Assembly: GCA_964195405.1 (NCBI GenBank)
Contig: CAXMPK010000048.1
Coordinates: forward strand, 1 to 58,134
Reading direction: 5' to 3'
DNA length: 58,134 nt
DNA from: an uncultured Acidimicrobiia bacterium
GTDB lineage: Bacteria > Actinomycetota > Acidimicrobiia > Spongiisociales > ZC4RG35
Shown here piece after piece: positions 47,132 through 55,120 of the stretch. The notes under the pieces were generated by a model. It made no database searches. It was not told the DNA's origin and saw only the letters and a program-made list of their open reading frames with translations. The position numbers and the translations under genes are program-made. Every line of letters starts with the position of its first letter. The first letter of the stretch is position 1.

Positions 47132-47185
47132 ACGGACACGTTATCCGGTGGTCGACGTCACGAGGACCGTCATAGCCTGTCCGTC

Positions 47186-49783
47186 GTGAACCAAGACGCC
47201 ACTCACAGCGAGACCGCCGCGGCGATAGCGGCCTCGAGTCGTGCACTTGCCGGCGCCCTGGAACGAAATCCTTCACTCCTTTCCGATCCTCAGGGGTTGG
47301 AGTCACTCCCCGATCGTCTCAGAGCAGCGCTGATCGCGATCGCCGGAGACGACCTCACCGGGCGAATCGAGATGGAGCAGGCGACCATCCGTTACTCGGA
47401 CGCGATCGACCAGTTGGTCGAGGATGCCCTCGCAATGGCAGTCCAGTCGGTTGCCGAGAAACATCCATTGGCTCCCACCGTTCCGTTCGCCGTGATCGCG
47501 ATGGGCAAGTGGGGGGCCAGGGAACTCAATTACTACTCAGACATCGACCTCGTATTCGTTCACGAGCCCATCGCTGACCAACAGGACGGGAGCCGCGCTG
47601 CCGCCCTGGCGATTGCAGTCAAGCTGATCGCCATCCTTTCATCGCCAACGCCCGACGGAGCAATGCTCCAGGTCGACACCGACCTTCGGCCCGAGGGGCC
47701 GATGGGACCCCTTACCCGCAGCCTCGATAGCTACTCGACCTACTACGGAACGTGGGCTGAAGCCTGGGAGCTACAGGCGTTGCTCAAGGCTCGGCCCGCG
47801 GCCGGCGACACCGGCGTTGGGGAGAGGTTTCGTGAACTCGCCGACCGCATGGTCTGGGAGGTCGGCTTCGATGTCGATGCGCTGAGGAGCATCCGCCAAA
47901 TAAAAACACAGACCGAAGAAGGAGCCGACCGTGATGACATCAAGAGGTCGCCAGGTGGTATCCGTGATATCGAGTTCACCATCCAGCTGCTCCAACTCGT
48001 GCACGGTCGCTTTGATCCCGACCTGAGGGTGACGGCGACCATGCCGGCAATCAGAGAACTGGGCAGTCACGGATACATCGAAGAGAGCGAAGCCAAGCGC
48101 CTCCTCGATTCGTACACATTCCTCCGCGACGTTGAACATCGGATCCAGTTGTGGGATTTGCAACAAACCCACCGTCTACCCGAGTCCGCCGAAGCCAGGG
48201 AGCGCATCGGGCGTAGTCTCGGCTTCACCGTAGACCCGGAGCGAGAGCTCCTCGAGCGACTCAGTGAAGTCAGAAGCGACGTACGGCATCTTCATGAGCG
48301 GCTCTATTTCAGACCCATCCTCGACTCGCTTGTGGGACTGCGGGCAGCACAACTCGACCGCAAGGAGGCCGCTCTTCGTCTCGAGGCTCTGGGGTTTCGA
48401 GATGTGACCGCTGCCTCGAACGCCGTGGAAAACATGACTGCCGGGCTCAGTCGCAGATCACGCGTGATGCAGCAGGTGTTGCCGCTCATGCTCGACTGGC
48501 TCTCACAATCACCCGACCCCGACCTTGGGCTCGACCAGCTTCGCATTCTGCTCGCTCACACATCCGACCACAGTGAGTTGGTCCGGTTGCTCCAGAGCAA
48601 CCCTCTCGCAGGCCAGCGTCTCTGTCTTCTACTGGGAACAGGCCGGCTGCTGGGTGAACTCATGGATCGCATCCCTGAATTCATCCCACGTCTGGCCGAT
48701 GATGACCGTATCCGCCAGATCCGCACCGGCGAAGACGTCGCGGTTCGCCTCACGGCGCTCCTCAACTCACGACCCGAGGAGGACTCTCAGATAGGGACTA
48801 TCCGTCGATTTGTCCGTCGTCGCAAGTTGCGAATCGCCGCACGCGATGTTCTCGGAGAAGGCTCCACCAAGGCCACCCTGCTGGGTCTCACCGACACCGC
48901 CGACGCTGCCGTCGGCGGTGGACTTCACGCACTCATGGGTGATGGAACCCCGGGTTTTGCTGTTGTCGCCATGGGGAAGTGGGGCGGTCAAGAGCTTTCA
49001 TATGGTTCAGACCTCGACGTGATGTACGTGTTTGACGACACCTTGGCGAGGAAAGACGCACTGAACATCACCAGCGAGCTGGACCGGGTGCTCAGCCAAC
49101 CCAGTCGTCATGGACCAGCGTATGAGCTGGATGCCGAGTTGAGACCGGAAGGCCGAAAAGGGCCGATGGCGCGCTCGCTCAAGAGCTTCGAGCGGTACTA
49201 CTCGGATTGGGCCGAACCCTGGGAGCTTCTCGCATTGATAAAGGCGCGGCCGGCTTCCGGCGACGCCGAGCTGCGCTCAAAGTTCGCGGAGTTGATGAAT
49301 TCGACACTTTGGGGACGGCCGATGCCCGACTCGATGGCCCACGAAATCCGGAGAATCAAAGCGAGGGTCGAGTCAGAGCGACTTCCAGCGGGAGAGGATC
49401 CCGACTTCCACCTCAAACTTGGTCCGGGCGGGCTCTCCGACGTTGAGTTCCTCACCCAGATGCTCCAAATGAAGCACGGCCGTGAGGCCCCGACACTGCG
49501 AGTCACCGGTACTTTCCACGGTCTCGAAGAGCTCAGAGCCGCTGAACTGCTAACAGCCACCGAATACAACGCTCTACACGACTCCTACTTGTTCTGCACC
49601 CGTGTGCGTCTCCGTCTCCACCTCCAAAGCGGTCGGATCACGAATTCCCTCCCCACCGACCCGGACTCAACCGCGCGTCTTGCAGCCTCATTGGGATTCG
49701 ACCGCACCGCGGAGTTGCGGGATCAATACCGCAGATACACCAGAAGGGCCCGAAGCACCTTCGAACGGCTCTTCTACGAGTAA
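47186..49783 (+). CDS. glnE: Bifunctional glutamine synthetase adenylyltransferase/adenylyl-removing enzyme
   Basis: The nucleotidyltransferase block is duplicated (GKWGARELNYYSDIDLVFV and GKWGGQELSYGSDLDVMYV), each followed by DLRPEG. The start is uncertain. The GTG at 47186 was chosen because the track start overlaps nadE. Confidence 0.85.
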   Translation: MNQDATHSETAAAIAASSRALAGALERNPSLLSDPQGLESLPDRLRAALIAIAGDDLTGRIEMEQATIRYSDAIDQLVEDALAMAVQSVAEKHPLAPTVPFAVIAMGKWGARELNYYSDIDLVFVHEPIADQQDGSRAAALAIAVKLIAILSSPTPDGAMLQVDTDLRPEGPMGPLTRSLDSYSTYYGTWAEAWELQALLKARPAAGDTGVGERFRELADRMVWEVGFDVDALRSIRQIKTQTEEGADRDDIKRSPGGIRDIEFTIQLLQLVHGRFDPDLRVTATMPAIRELGSHGYIEESEAKRLLDSYTFLRDVEHRIQLWDLQQTHRLPESAEARERIGRSLGFTVDPERELLERLSEVRSDVRHLHERLYFRPILDSLVGLRAAQLDRKEAALRLEALGFRDVTAASNAVENMTAGLSRRSRVMQQVLPLMLDWLSQSPDPDLGLDQLRILLAHTSDHSELVRLLQSNPLAGQRLCLLLGTGRLLGELMDRIPEFIPRLADDDRIRQIRTGEDVAVRLTALLNSRPEEDSQIGTIRRFVRRRKLRIAARDVLGEGSTKATLLGLTDTADAAVGGGLHALMGDGTPGFAVVAMGKWGGQELSYGSDLDVMYVFDDTLARKDALNITSELDRVLSQPSRHGPAYELDAELRPEGRKGPMARSLKSFERYYSDWAEPWELLALIKARPASGDAELRSKFAELMNSTLWGRPMPDSMAHEIRRIKARVESERLPAGEDPDFHLKLGPGGLSDVEFLTQMLQMKHGREAPTLRVTGTFHGLEELRAAELLTATEYNALHDSYLFCTRVRLRLHLQSGRITNSLPTDPDSTARLAASLGFDRTAELRDQYRRYTRRARSTFERLFYE

Positions 49784-49827
49784 TTGGACGGCGTCGGCCC
49801 CGCCGCCAGCCGGTACTATCCCAAAGG

Positions 49828-50550
49828 ATGGCATTGGAAAAGGCCGAAGCACCGATCTACACACCTCACATCGGGGAATCGCGCCAGTACTGGCGTGACA
49901 TCATCCTCGGTGTCAACGATGGGCTTGTGTCCACGTACCTTCTGGTTGTGGGAGTAGTAGGCGGTGGGTTTGTCATTGGCGATGTATTTCTCACTGGAGT
50001 CGCCGGGGCCCTGGCCGGTGCGGTTTCGATGGCTGCGGGTGAGTACCTGGCGACCAAGTCTCAAGACCAGATCCTTGCAGCCGAGCTCACTCTGGAAAGG
50101 GAACATCTGAGGGATCACCGGGGCCAAGAAGTCGACCAGCTCCGCGGGTTCTTCCTCGACATGGGGGTGTCTGACGAAGATATAGACGGTGTGGTGGCCG
50201 CATTCGATCGGTCAGACGACGCAATGCTCAATGCCATGGCCGCCCTCGAGTTTGGCGTCGTCGAATCGGAACGGCGTTCGCCCTATCTGGCCATGGTGGC
50301 TTCAGGTGGCCTGTTTCTCGTTGGCGCCATGCCATCGGTCGTGCCATTTGCCATCTTCGACACCACCGGGACCGCATTGATCTGGGCCTCTGCGCTCGCC
50401 TTTGGCAGTCTGTTTGTGGTCGGAGTCATCAAAGCTTCGGTCGCTAAGACCGGGAAAATCAAATCAGGTTTGGAAAACTTGGCAATCGCAGGCGTTGGCG
50501 GAGTGGTTGCCTGGGCAATTGGCACAGCTGTGGGCGCAACCCTCGCCTGA
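49828..50550 (+). CDS. VIT1/CCC1 family iron/manganese transporter
   Basis: RDIILGVNDGLVSTYLLVVGV...MAAGEYLATKSQ is the VIT-family signature. Confidence 0.85.
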   Translation: MALEKAEAPIYTPHIGESRQYWRDIILGVNDGLVSTYLLVVGVVGGGFVIGDVFLTGVAGALAGAVSMAAGEYLATKSQDQILAAELTLEREHLRDHRGQEVDQLRGFFLDMGVSDEDIDGVVAAFDRSDDAMLNAMAALEFGVVESERRSPYLAMVASGGLFLVGAMPSVVPFAIFDTTGTALIWASALAFGSLFVVGVIKASVAKTGKIKSGLENLAIAGVGGVVAWAIGTAVGATLA

Positions 50551-50571
50551 TCGACCCAGCTAGCAGTGTGC

Positions 50572-50606
50572 TTGCAATAGTTAGCACGCTTGCTGTATGC
50601 TAACTA
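50572..50606 (+). promoter_or_regulatory. Putative promoter (TTGCAA-N18-TATGCT) with the inverted repeat TAGTTAGCA-N11-TGCTAACTA overlapping the -10 box
   Basis: The perfect 9-bp inverted repeat is at 50578-50586 and 50598-50606. The -10 box ends 8 nt before the GTG start at 50610, implying a leaderless mRNA. Confidence 0.45.
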
Positions 50607-50609
50607 CAA

Positions 50610-50978
50610 GTGAACGAGAGCAAGCATAGTGATCTCGGAGTGTTCATCCGCCAGCAAAGGGAACGAGCGAATCTTTCGCTGCGGCGCCTGGCTGAAAATG
50701 CGGGGATTTCGAACCCCTACTTGAGTCAAATCGAGAGGGGAATTCGAAAACCGTCCGCGGAGATCCTCAAGAGTCTGTCACGGGCCCTCGAGATCAGCGC
50801 CAACAGTCTTTATACGAAGGCCGGGCTGATCGACGAGGAGCTACCTCACCGAACGGTGTTCGAAGCAATCGATGCCGATGACAAGCTTGATGGTGATCAA
50901 AAGAGAGTGCTTCTCGATATGTACAAGGCCCTGGTCCGATCAAACGGATCTGTGGCCCCGAAGAAACAGGAGAAATAG
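50610..50978 (+). CDS. XRE family helix-turn-helix transcriptional regulator
   Basis: The HTH_3 pattern is FIRQQRERANLSLRRLAENAGISNPYLSQIERGIRKPSAEIL. Confidence 0.85.
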   Translation: MNESKHSDLGVFIRQQRERANLSLRRLAENAGISNPYLSQIERGIRKPSAEILKSLSRALEISANSLYTKAGLIDEELPHRTVFEAIDADDKLDGDQKRVLLDMYKALVRSNGSVAPKKQEK

Positions 50979-50980
50979 AG

Positions 50981-51487
50981 ATGCAGACAAAGAGTGTTTT
51001 GTATGCCGCTGTTGGTGCCCCTGTCGTCGTCGCCCGCAAATTCAGCGGTGTGATGAACGATCAGGTCAGCACCCTCAAGACCAAGGTCGGCGAAGAGAAG
51101 GCCAACTACACCAAGGTTGCCGAGAAAGCCATCGAAGGCTGGGCCGTCGAAGGTGAGAAGATCATTTCCCAGGTCAGTGAGAAAAAGGTTGTCGAGGACA
51201 TCTCCTCGAAAGTCGACTTCGACCAGGCCAAGGAGCAGGTCAGCAAGCTTCGTGACCAACTAGAAGACATGCTCGCCACCTGGAAAACCTCCTTCCGTCC
51301 CGAGAAAAGCGGCGGCAAGGTGGAGGTGAAGGATTCGGCCGCCAAGGATTCGACCGCCAAGACTTCGGCCGCCAAGACTTCGGCCACCAAGACTTCGACC
51401 GAGAAGACTTCGACCGAGAAGACTTCGGCCGCCAAGACTTCGGCCGCCAAGACTTCGGCCAAAAAGCCCGTCGCCAAGACTTCCTGA
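50981..51487 (+). CDS. HbhA-like coiled-coil protein with a Lys-rich pentapeptide-repeat tail
   Basis: It has a hydrophobic N-terminal segment, a charged helical middle and a (K[TD]S[AT][AE])n tail. Its position after an XRE gene mirrors the mycobacterial Rv0474-hbhA arrangement as I recall it. Confidence 0.6.
   Translation: MQTKSVLYAAVGAPVVVARKFSGVMNDQVSTLKTKVGEEKANYTKVAEKAIEGWAVEGEKIISQVSEKKVVEDISSKVDFDQAKEQVSKLRDQLEDMLATWKTSFRPEKSGGKVEVKDSAAKDSTAKTSAAKTSATKTSTEKTSTEKTSAAKTSAAKTSAKKPVAKTS
51329..51463 (+). repeat. Tandem repeat, 15 nt x 9 (consensus AAGACTTCGGCCGCC)
   Basis: Nine head-to-tail 15-nt units can be read directly, followed by a degenerate tenth unit up to the stop. They lie in frame within the HbhA-like CDS. 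Confidence 0.9.
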
Positions 51488-51505
51488 AGTCACTCCACCT
51501 CACGT

Positions 51506-51532
51506 GAAAAGGGGCCCGCAGGGCCCCTTTTC
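51506..51532. terminator. Bidirectional rho-independent terminator
   Basis: GAAAAGGGGCCC-GCA-GGGCCCCTTTTC is a perfect 12-bp stem between convergent genes, with A/T tracts on both sides. Confidence 0.8.
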
Positions 51533-51556
51533 ATGTTGAGTGACCGTCAGTATCGA

Positions 51557-51970
51557 TCACGCCGACATGGAAGGCTCCAGGTCGGCTGCTGCCGAGATCC
51601 AATTCTCCACCATTGCCTCGGTGGGGAGTCGACTCACCACACGCTCCGACCCATTTAGCCCGATGATCTTTGCCAGCAGGGCGGTCGGGTTTCGTCGCCG
51701 CAGATCACGAAGCGTGTCCACTCCAGCCGCAACGAGAAGGTCAGCGTATTCGGCGCCAACTCCACGCACCCTGAGTAGATCGGCATGATGAACCCAAAGT
51801 TGCAGATCCTTGGGGCTGGCCCCAGTGAACTTCGACAACTCCGTGCGACCACGGCGGGTCGAGGCTTCCTCGATTAGACCTCTGCTGGTGCGCACGCCCA
51901 CCTTGCGAAGCTTCGTCGCTGTTTTCTGTCCAACACCCGCAACCTGATCGATTCGAGCCATCAACCCCAT
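51557..51970 (-). CDS. DUF4332 (helix-hairpin-helix) domain protein
   Basis: IDQVAGVGQKTATKLRKVGVRT and LLRVRGVGAEYADLLVAAGVDTLRDL are HhH repeats typical of DUF4332. Confidence 0.8.
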   Translation of the reverse strand: MGLMARIDQVAGVGQKTATKLRKVGVRTSRGLIEEASTRRGRTELSKFTGASPKDLQLWVHHADLLRVRGVGAEYADLLVAAGVDTLRDLRRRNPTALLAKIIGLNGSERVVSRLPTEAMVENWISAAADLEPSMSA

Positions 51971-52027
51971 CTCCGCTCGTCTATCCCCACCAATTCCTCG
52001 ATCCTATACATCGCAACACACGTCTGA

Positions 52028-52624
52028 TCAGACGCTGTGTCTGGGTTGCAGGTCGATCACGTCGGTCTGAGTGTCCACATCCCGGGGTGGCGCCTCCGGG
52101 AACCAAACCTCGTTCAGCCACTCTGGATGGGTCTTCCAGAGTTTCATGGCGCCCTCATCACCCGCGAGCGACATGACCCTTGGCCACAAAGACCTGTCCA
52201 CCACAACAGGGTTACCCAGGGTGTAGCGGTACTTCGGCACCGTGACCGGTTTTCCGGCCGTTGCGTGAGAGGCCAGGAGGGTTTCGACCAACTCGGTAGG
52301 TGTGTCGGGCTGATCCCCAACCATGATCAGTACCCGATCACATTCCGACGACCGGGTCAGAGCATCCAAACCCACTCTGATCGAGGAGGCGATGCCCTCC
52401 TCCCACTCCGGATTCTCGATGACACCGGCGTCGCCCAAATCCGTCTCTTTGATGACAAGTTCGGATTGGTGCCCGAGCACGACCCACACTTCCTCCACAG
52501 GGTAGGCCTCGACACGTTTCAGAACGTGACCCAAGAGATTGGTGGCGCCCCAGGGTTCGAGTTGTTTCATGCGGCCCAAACGGCGTGAGGCCCCGGCGGC
52601 GAGAACAAGAACAGCTGTGGACAT
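52028..52624 (-). CDS. MobA/MocA-like nucleotidyltransferase family protein
   Basis: VLVLAAGASRRLGRMKQL is the NTP-transferase glycine-rich loop. 198 aa. Confidence 0.8.
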   Translation of the reverse strand: MSTAVLVLAAGASRRLGRMKQLEPWGATNLLGHVLKRVEAYPVEEVWVVLGHQSELVIKETDLGDAGVIENPEWEEGIASSIRVGLDALTRSSECDRVLIMVGDQPDTPTELVETLLASHATAGKPVTVPKYRYTLGNPVVVDRSLWPRVMSLAGDEGAMKLWKTHPEWLNEVWFPEAPPRDVDTQTDVIDLQPRHSV

Positions 52625-52656
52625 CGGCGGTCGAATCTAGTGCATCACCACTGGTA

Positions 52657-53784
52657 TCAGGCGAGGACCGGGAAGCGAGTGAGAGCCCCGATCCCACCGC
52701 TGTCGAGCGGTGAAGCAACATTGATCTGAAATACGTTGCCTCCCGAGGCCACTGTCGCATCCATCACAGCCCCCACGATGTCGTCGACGGGGAACATCGC
52801 TGAGTTGCAGACAACACATGGGCTCTGGTCTCTACTCAGGTGCCCGCACTCATTGCACATGGCGCCACCTCGGATGAACGGCCCCGCCACTACGAGAGTT
52901 TCTACGGCTTGCGCGTTCACAGCGTCCAAGGTCGCGCCAAGTCCAACCACGCCATTGCCGCCACTCCATGCCGTGTCGCACACCCTCCCCGCCAGAGCCT
53001 CCTGGCGCTCCTCTCGCACCTCGACATCAAGAAGTGCCATTTCGGCGCGAAGGGCCCGTGGCTGGATGCCAACGGGGCTGGCGACAAATGAGGTACGTTG
53101 GAGCCGGGAGATACTCGGGTGAAGTGAGCGGGCAATATCTTCAACCGTCTCGTCGTGACTGCCGATGGCGAGATAGTCAAACGCCTTTCTCTGGTGTAAA
53201 TCGAGAAGCCGTAAGCCAGCCTCTTTCCAGATCCGATGCGACGCCCCGTCGGCACGGCCCCTCGCCGTGTGTTCGTCGTAGCCGGAGAACCCGGCGTAGT
53301 TCGTCTTGCGAATCTCGACAGTCAGCGACGAGCCCAGCTCATCGATGATTCCGGCGAAACTCACGTACATCCGAGCTACAGCCCTATCAGCCACGATGAT
53401 CCCTGCTCGCATGCCACGGGGGGCCGCCCTCAGTGGCCGCAGGTAGGGGCGGGGCCCCAGTGTGGACACGTTGCGCGTCGAGTAGGCAAGCGGTTCGAGG
53501 ATGAAGACATCGTCAAGATCCGAAGCAAAGATGGCATATGCCGGAGCCGCCTCGATCTCGAGACGATCGGCCAGGCGGTAAATTCGATCGGCGTCTGTGC
53601 GCACACTCTTCTGAACATTTCGCCCGAGGTTTTCCGATCGCTCTCGAATCGGTCTGACTAGATCGGAGAGCAGCGCGCCAAAGCCCCCGGGGCTGGGACG
53701 ATCGATGAAGACAGAAATGAGGGAACCTGAAGGGCTCCTCAGCTCCGCAATTGGGTCACCCGACACTCCTCGCAAGCTACACAT
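52657..53784 (-). CDS. eRF1-like (bacterial archaeo-eukaryotic release factor family, Rv2629-like) protein with an inserted zinc ribbon
   Basis: 375 aa from the ATG at 53784. The C-terminal region GGNGVVGLGATLDAVNAQAVETLVV...CNECGHLS...CVVCNS...VASGGNVFQI resembles eRF1/Pelota domain 3 with a Zn ribbon. The assignment is from memory. Confidence 0.6.
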   Translation of the reverse strand: MCSLRGVSGDPIAELRSPSGSLISVFIDRPSPGGFGALLSDLVRPIRERSENLGRNVQKSVRTDADRIYRLADRLEIEAAPAYAIFASDLDDVFILEPLAYSTRNVSTLGPRPYLRPLRAAPRGMRAGIIVADRAVARMYVSFAGIIDELGSSLTVEIRKTNYAGFSGYDEHTARGRADGASHRIWKEAGLRLLDLHQRKAFDYLAIGSHDETVEDIARSLHPSISRLQRTSFVASPVGIQPRALRAEMALLDVEVREERQEALAGRVCDTAWSGGNGVVGLGATLDAVNAQAVETLVVAGPFIRGGAMCNECGHLSRDQSPCVVCNSAMFPVDDIVGAVMDATVASGGNVFQINVASPLDSGGIGALTRFPVLA

Positions 53785-53809
53785 CGCGACGATCTCGCGT
53801 GTCGCAGGA

Positions 53810-54262
53810 TCAGAGCGAGCGTGACAGCTCCAAAGTGAGCTCCTCTTGGACCCATCCCAAATAGTCGAGAACCTGGCGGGAATCATCGGGCAGCTTGTCG
53901 TGGTCATCCTCGACCTCGAGCCCCACTCGTGCTGCGAGGACGATGCGGGCTTCGTTTAGCACCCTGAGAACGGCGTTGGCATCCTCATCGTTGAGAGGCT
54001 CTGCGTCACCGGAGATGGTGCGCAAAAACACAGAGCGGTCGGAGAGACGGGCGGTATGGAGGTCATCGCCCATCAATCGCCACCACTCGTCACTGGCGTC
54101 CCGATCATCGAGGTACACGGGGACATTGAGCCGGGTAGCCGCCGGGTCGTCTCCGGTCTCCCCGACACCCGCCAGCAGCGGCAGGACGTCAGCGAGAAAC
54201 GACCTCTCCTCCGGGCTGAAAACAACAACAATCCCCTTACGTGTGGTCTTGAAGTGGCTCAC
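53810..54262 (-). CDS. DUF2017 domain protein (ClpS-associated)
   Basis: The GTG at 54262 overlaps the clpS stop (GTGA). [16 protein letters not shown]...[11 protein letters not shown]...[13 protein letters not shown] matches the DUF2017 pattern. Confidence 0.75.
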   Translation of the reverse strand: MSHFKTTRKGIVVVFSPEERSFLADVLPLLAGVGETGDDPAATRLNVPVYLDDRDASDEWWRLMGDDLHTARLSDRSVFLRTISGDAEPLNDEDANAVLRVLNEARIVLAARVGLEVEDDHDKLPDDSRQVLDYLGWVQEELTLELSRSL

Positions 54263-54543
54263 TTCTCGATGGTGGCCCACAAGCCATGATTGTGAAGTCG
54301 AAAACAGTCGATTTCGGCCTTCTCGCGATGTCCGTCGGAGACGATCGAGCGCCCTTCGTGATGAACCTGAAGCATCAACTCGGTGGCTTTTGTCTCGTTG
54401 TATCCGAATAGTTTGCGAAAGACATAGACAACGTACGACATCGTGTTGACCGGGTCGTTCCAAACAACCACTTGCCAAGGCTTGTCAATGTCAACCTCAT
54501 CATCAGTGTCCGGAACGATCACCGGGGTCGGCAGGGCCATCAT
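54259..54543 (-). CDS. clpS: ATP-dependent Clp protease adaptor ClpS
   Basis: [43 protein letters not shown] is the ClpS signature. Confidence 0.92.
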   Translation of the reverse strand: MMALPTPVIVPDTDDEVDIDKPWQVVVWNDPVNTMSYVVYVFRKLFGYNETKATELMLQVHHEGRSIVSDGHREKAEIDCFRLHNHGLWATIEK

Positions 54544-54571
54544 CAGAGATCATCGTAAATGTTGTGACGCA

Positions 54572-55120
54572 TCAACTGTCCAGAGCCGAGAGACGGCTCC
54601 GACACTCATCGATGGCGGCTTCCAGGTCGGGATCGGAGAAGGGGATCTCGGCAACCGGGTAGGGGCCGCCGATGCCGGTGAATCCCGGTAGGGGATCGGG
54701 AAATTTGGGCACACCGCGGGAGCGCACACAATCACTGAACTCGGTCAAGGTCCTGTTGACACCACCACCAATCAAAGGCGAGTTCGACAAATCGAGGGCA
54801 CCGTTCGATAGATGTTCTGAACAACCAGCGACGACCGCTGCCGAATCGGGGTTGGCGAGGTCGACGCCAATCATCACGAGATCGAGCCTCGGCCTCCCCT
54901 GAGCGTCCAGAGGGATCGGCTCAATATCGATGCCGTTGTCCCCAAGGCACTCATGGAAAGCCTCAATCGCATCTGTTGAGATCGACGTGGTGGTTGTCGT
55001 GTCTGCGATCGTCGTGGAGGGTGTTGTCGGGTCTGTTGGTGACGGGGCCACGCCGCCCTCTGAGCACGCAGTGAGGATCACTAGCGCGACCAGGACAGGA
55101 GTAAAGAGTCTTGGAATCAA
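54572..55120 (-). CDS. Hypothetical Cys-containing lipoprotein
   Basis: The signal peptide with lipobox is MIPRLFTPVLVALVILTAC, followed by a Thr/Pro-rich linker. It overlaps the upstream stop by 4 nt. Confidence 0.65.
   Translation of the reverse strand: MIPRLFTPVLVALVILTACSEGGVAPSPTDPTTPSTTIADTTTTTSISTDAIEAFHECLGDNGIDIEPIPLDAQGRPRLDLVMIGVDLANPDSAAVVAGCSEHLSNGALDLSNSPLIGGGVNRTLTEFSDCVRSRGVPKFPDPLPGFTGIGGPYPVAEIPFSDPDLEAAIDECRSRLSALDS

Noticed and set aside
47078-47185. The glnE ORF start at 47078 overlaps the divergent nadE coding region
   Set aside because: The first ~36 codons overlap nadE on the opposite strand and look non-coding. A downstream GTG at 47186 is more plausible, although the true start remains uncertain.
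50578-50606. The TTAGCA/TGCTAA arms resemble CIRCE half-sites
   Set aside because: The arms are TAGTTAGCA/TGCTAACTA with an 11-nt spacer, not TTAGCACTC-N9-GAGTGCTAA. The downstream genes are an XRE regulator and an HbhA-like protein, not chaperones.
51106-51503. Three minus-strand ORFs (123, 87 and 77 aa) with repetitive LAAEV, SWRPK and GGRSL sequences
   Set aside because: They are reading-frame artefacts of the 15-nt tandem repeat inside the plus-strand HbhA-like gene.
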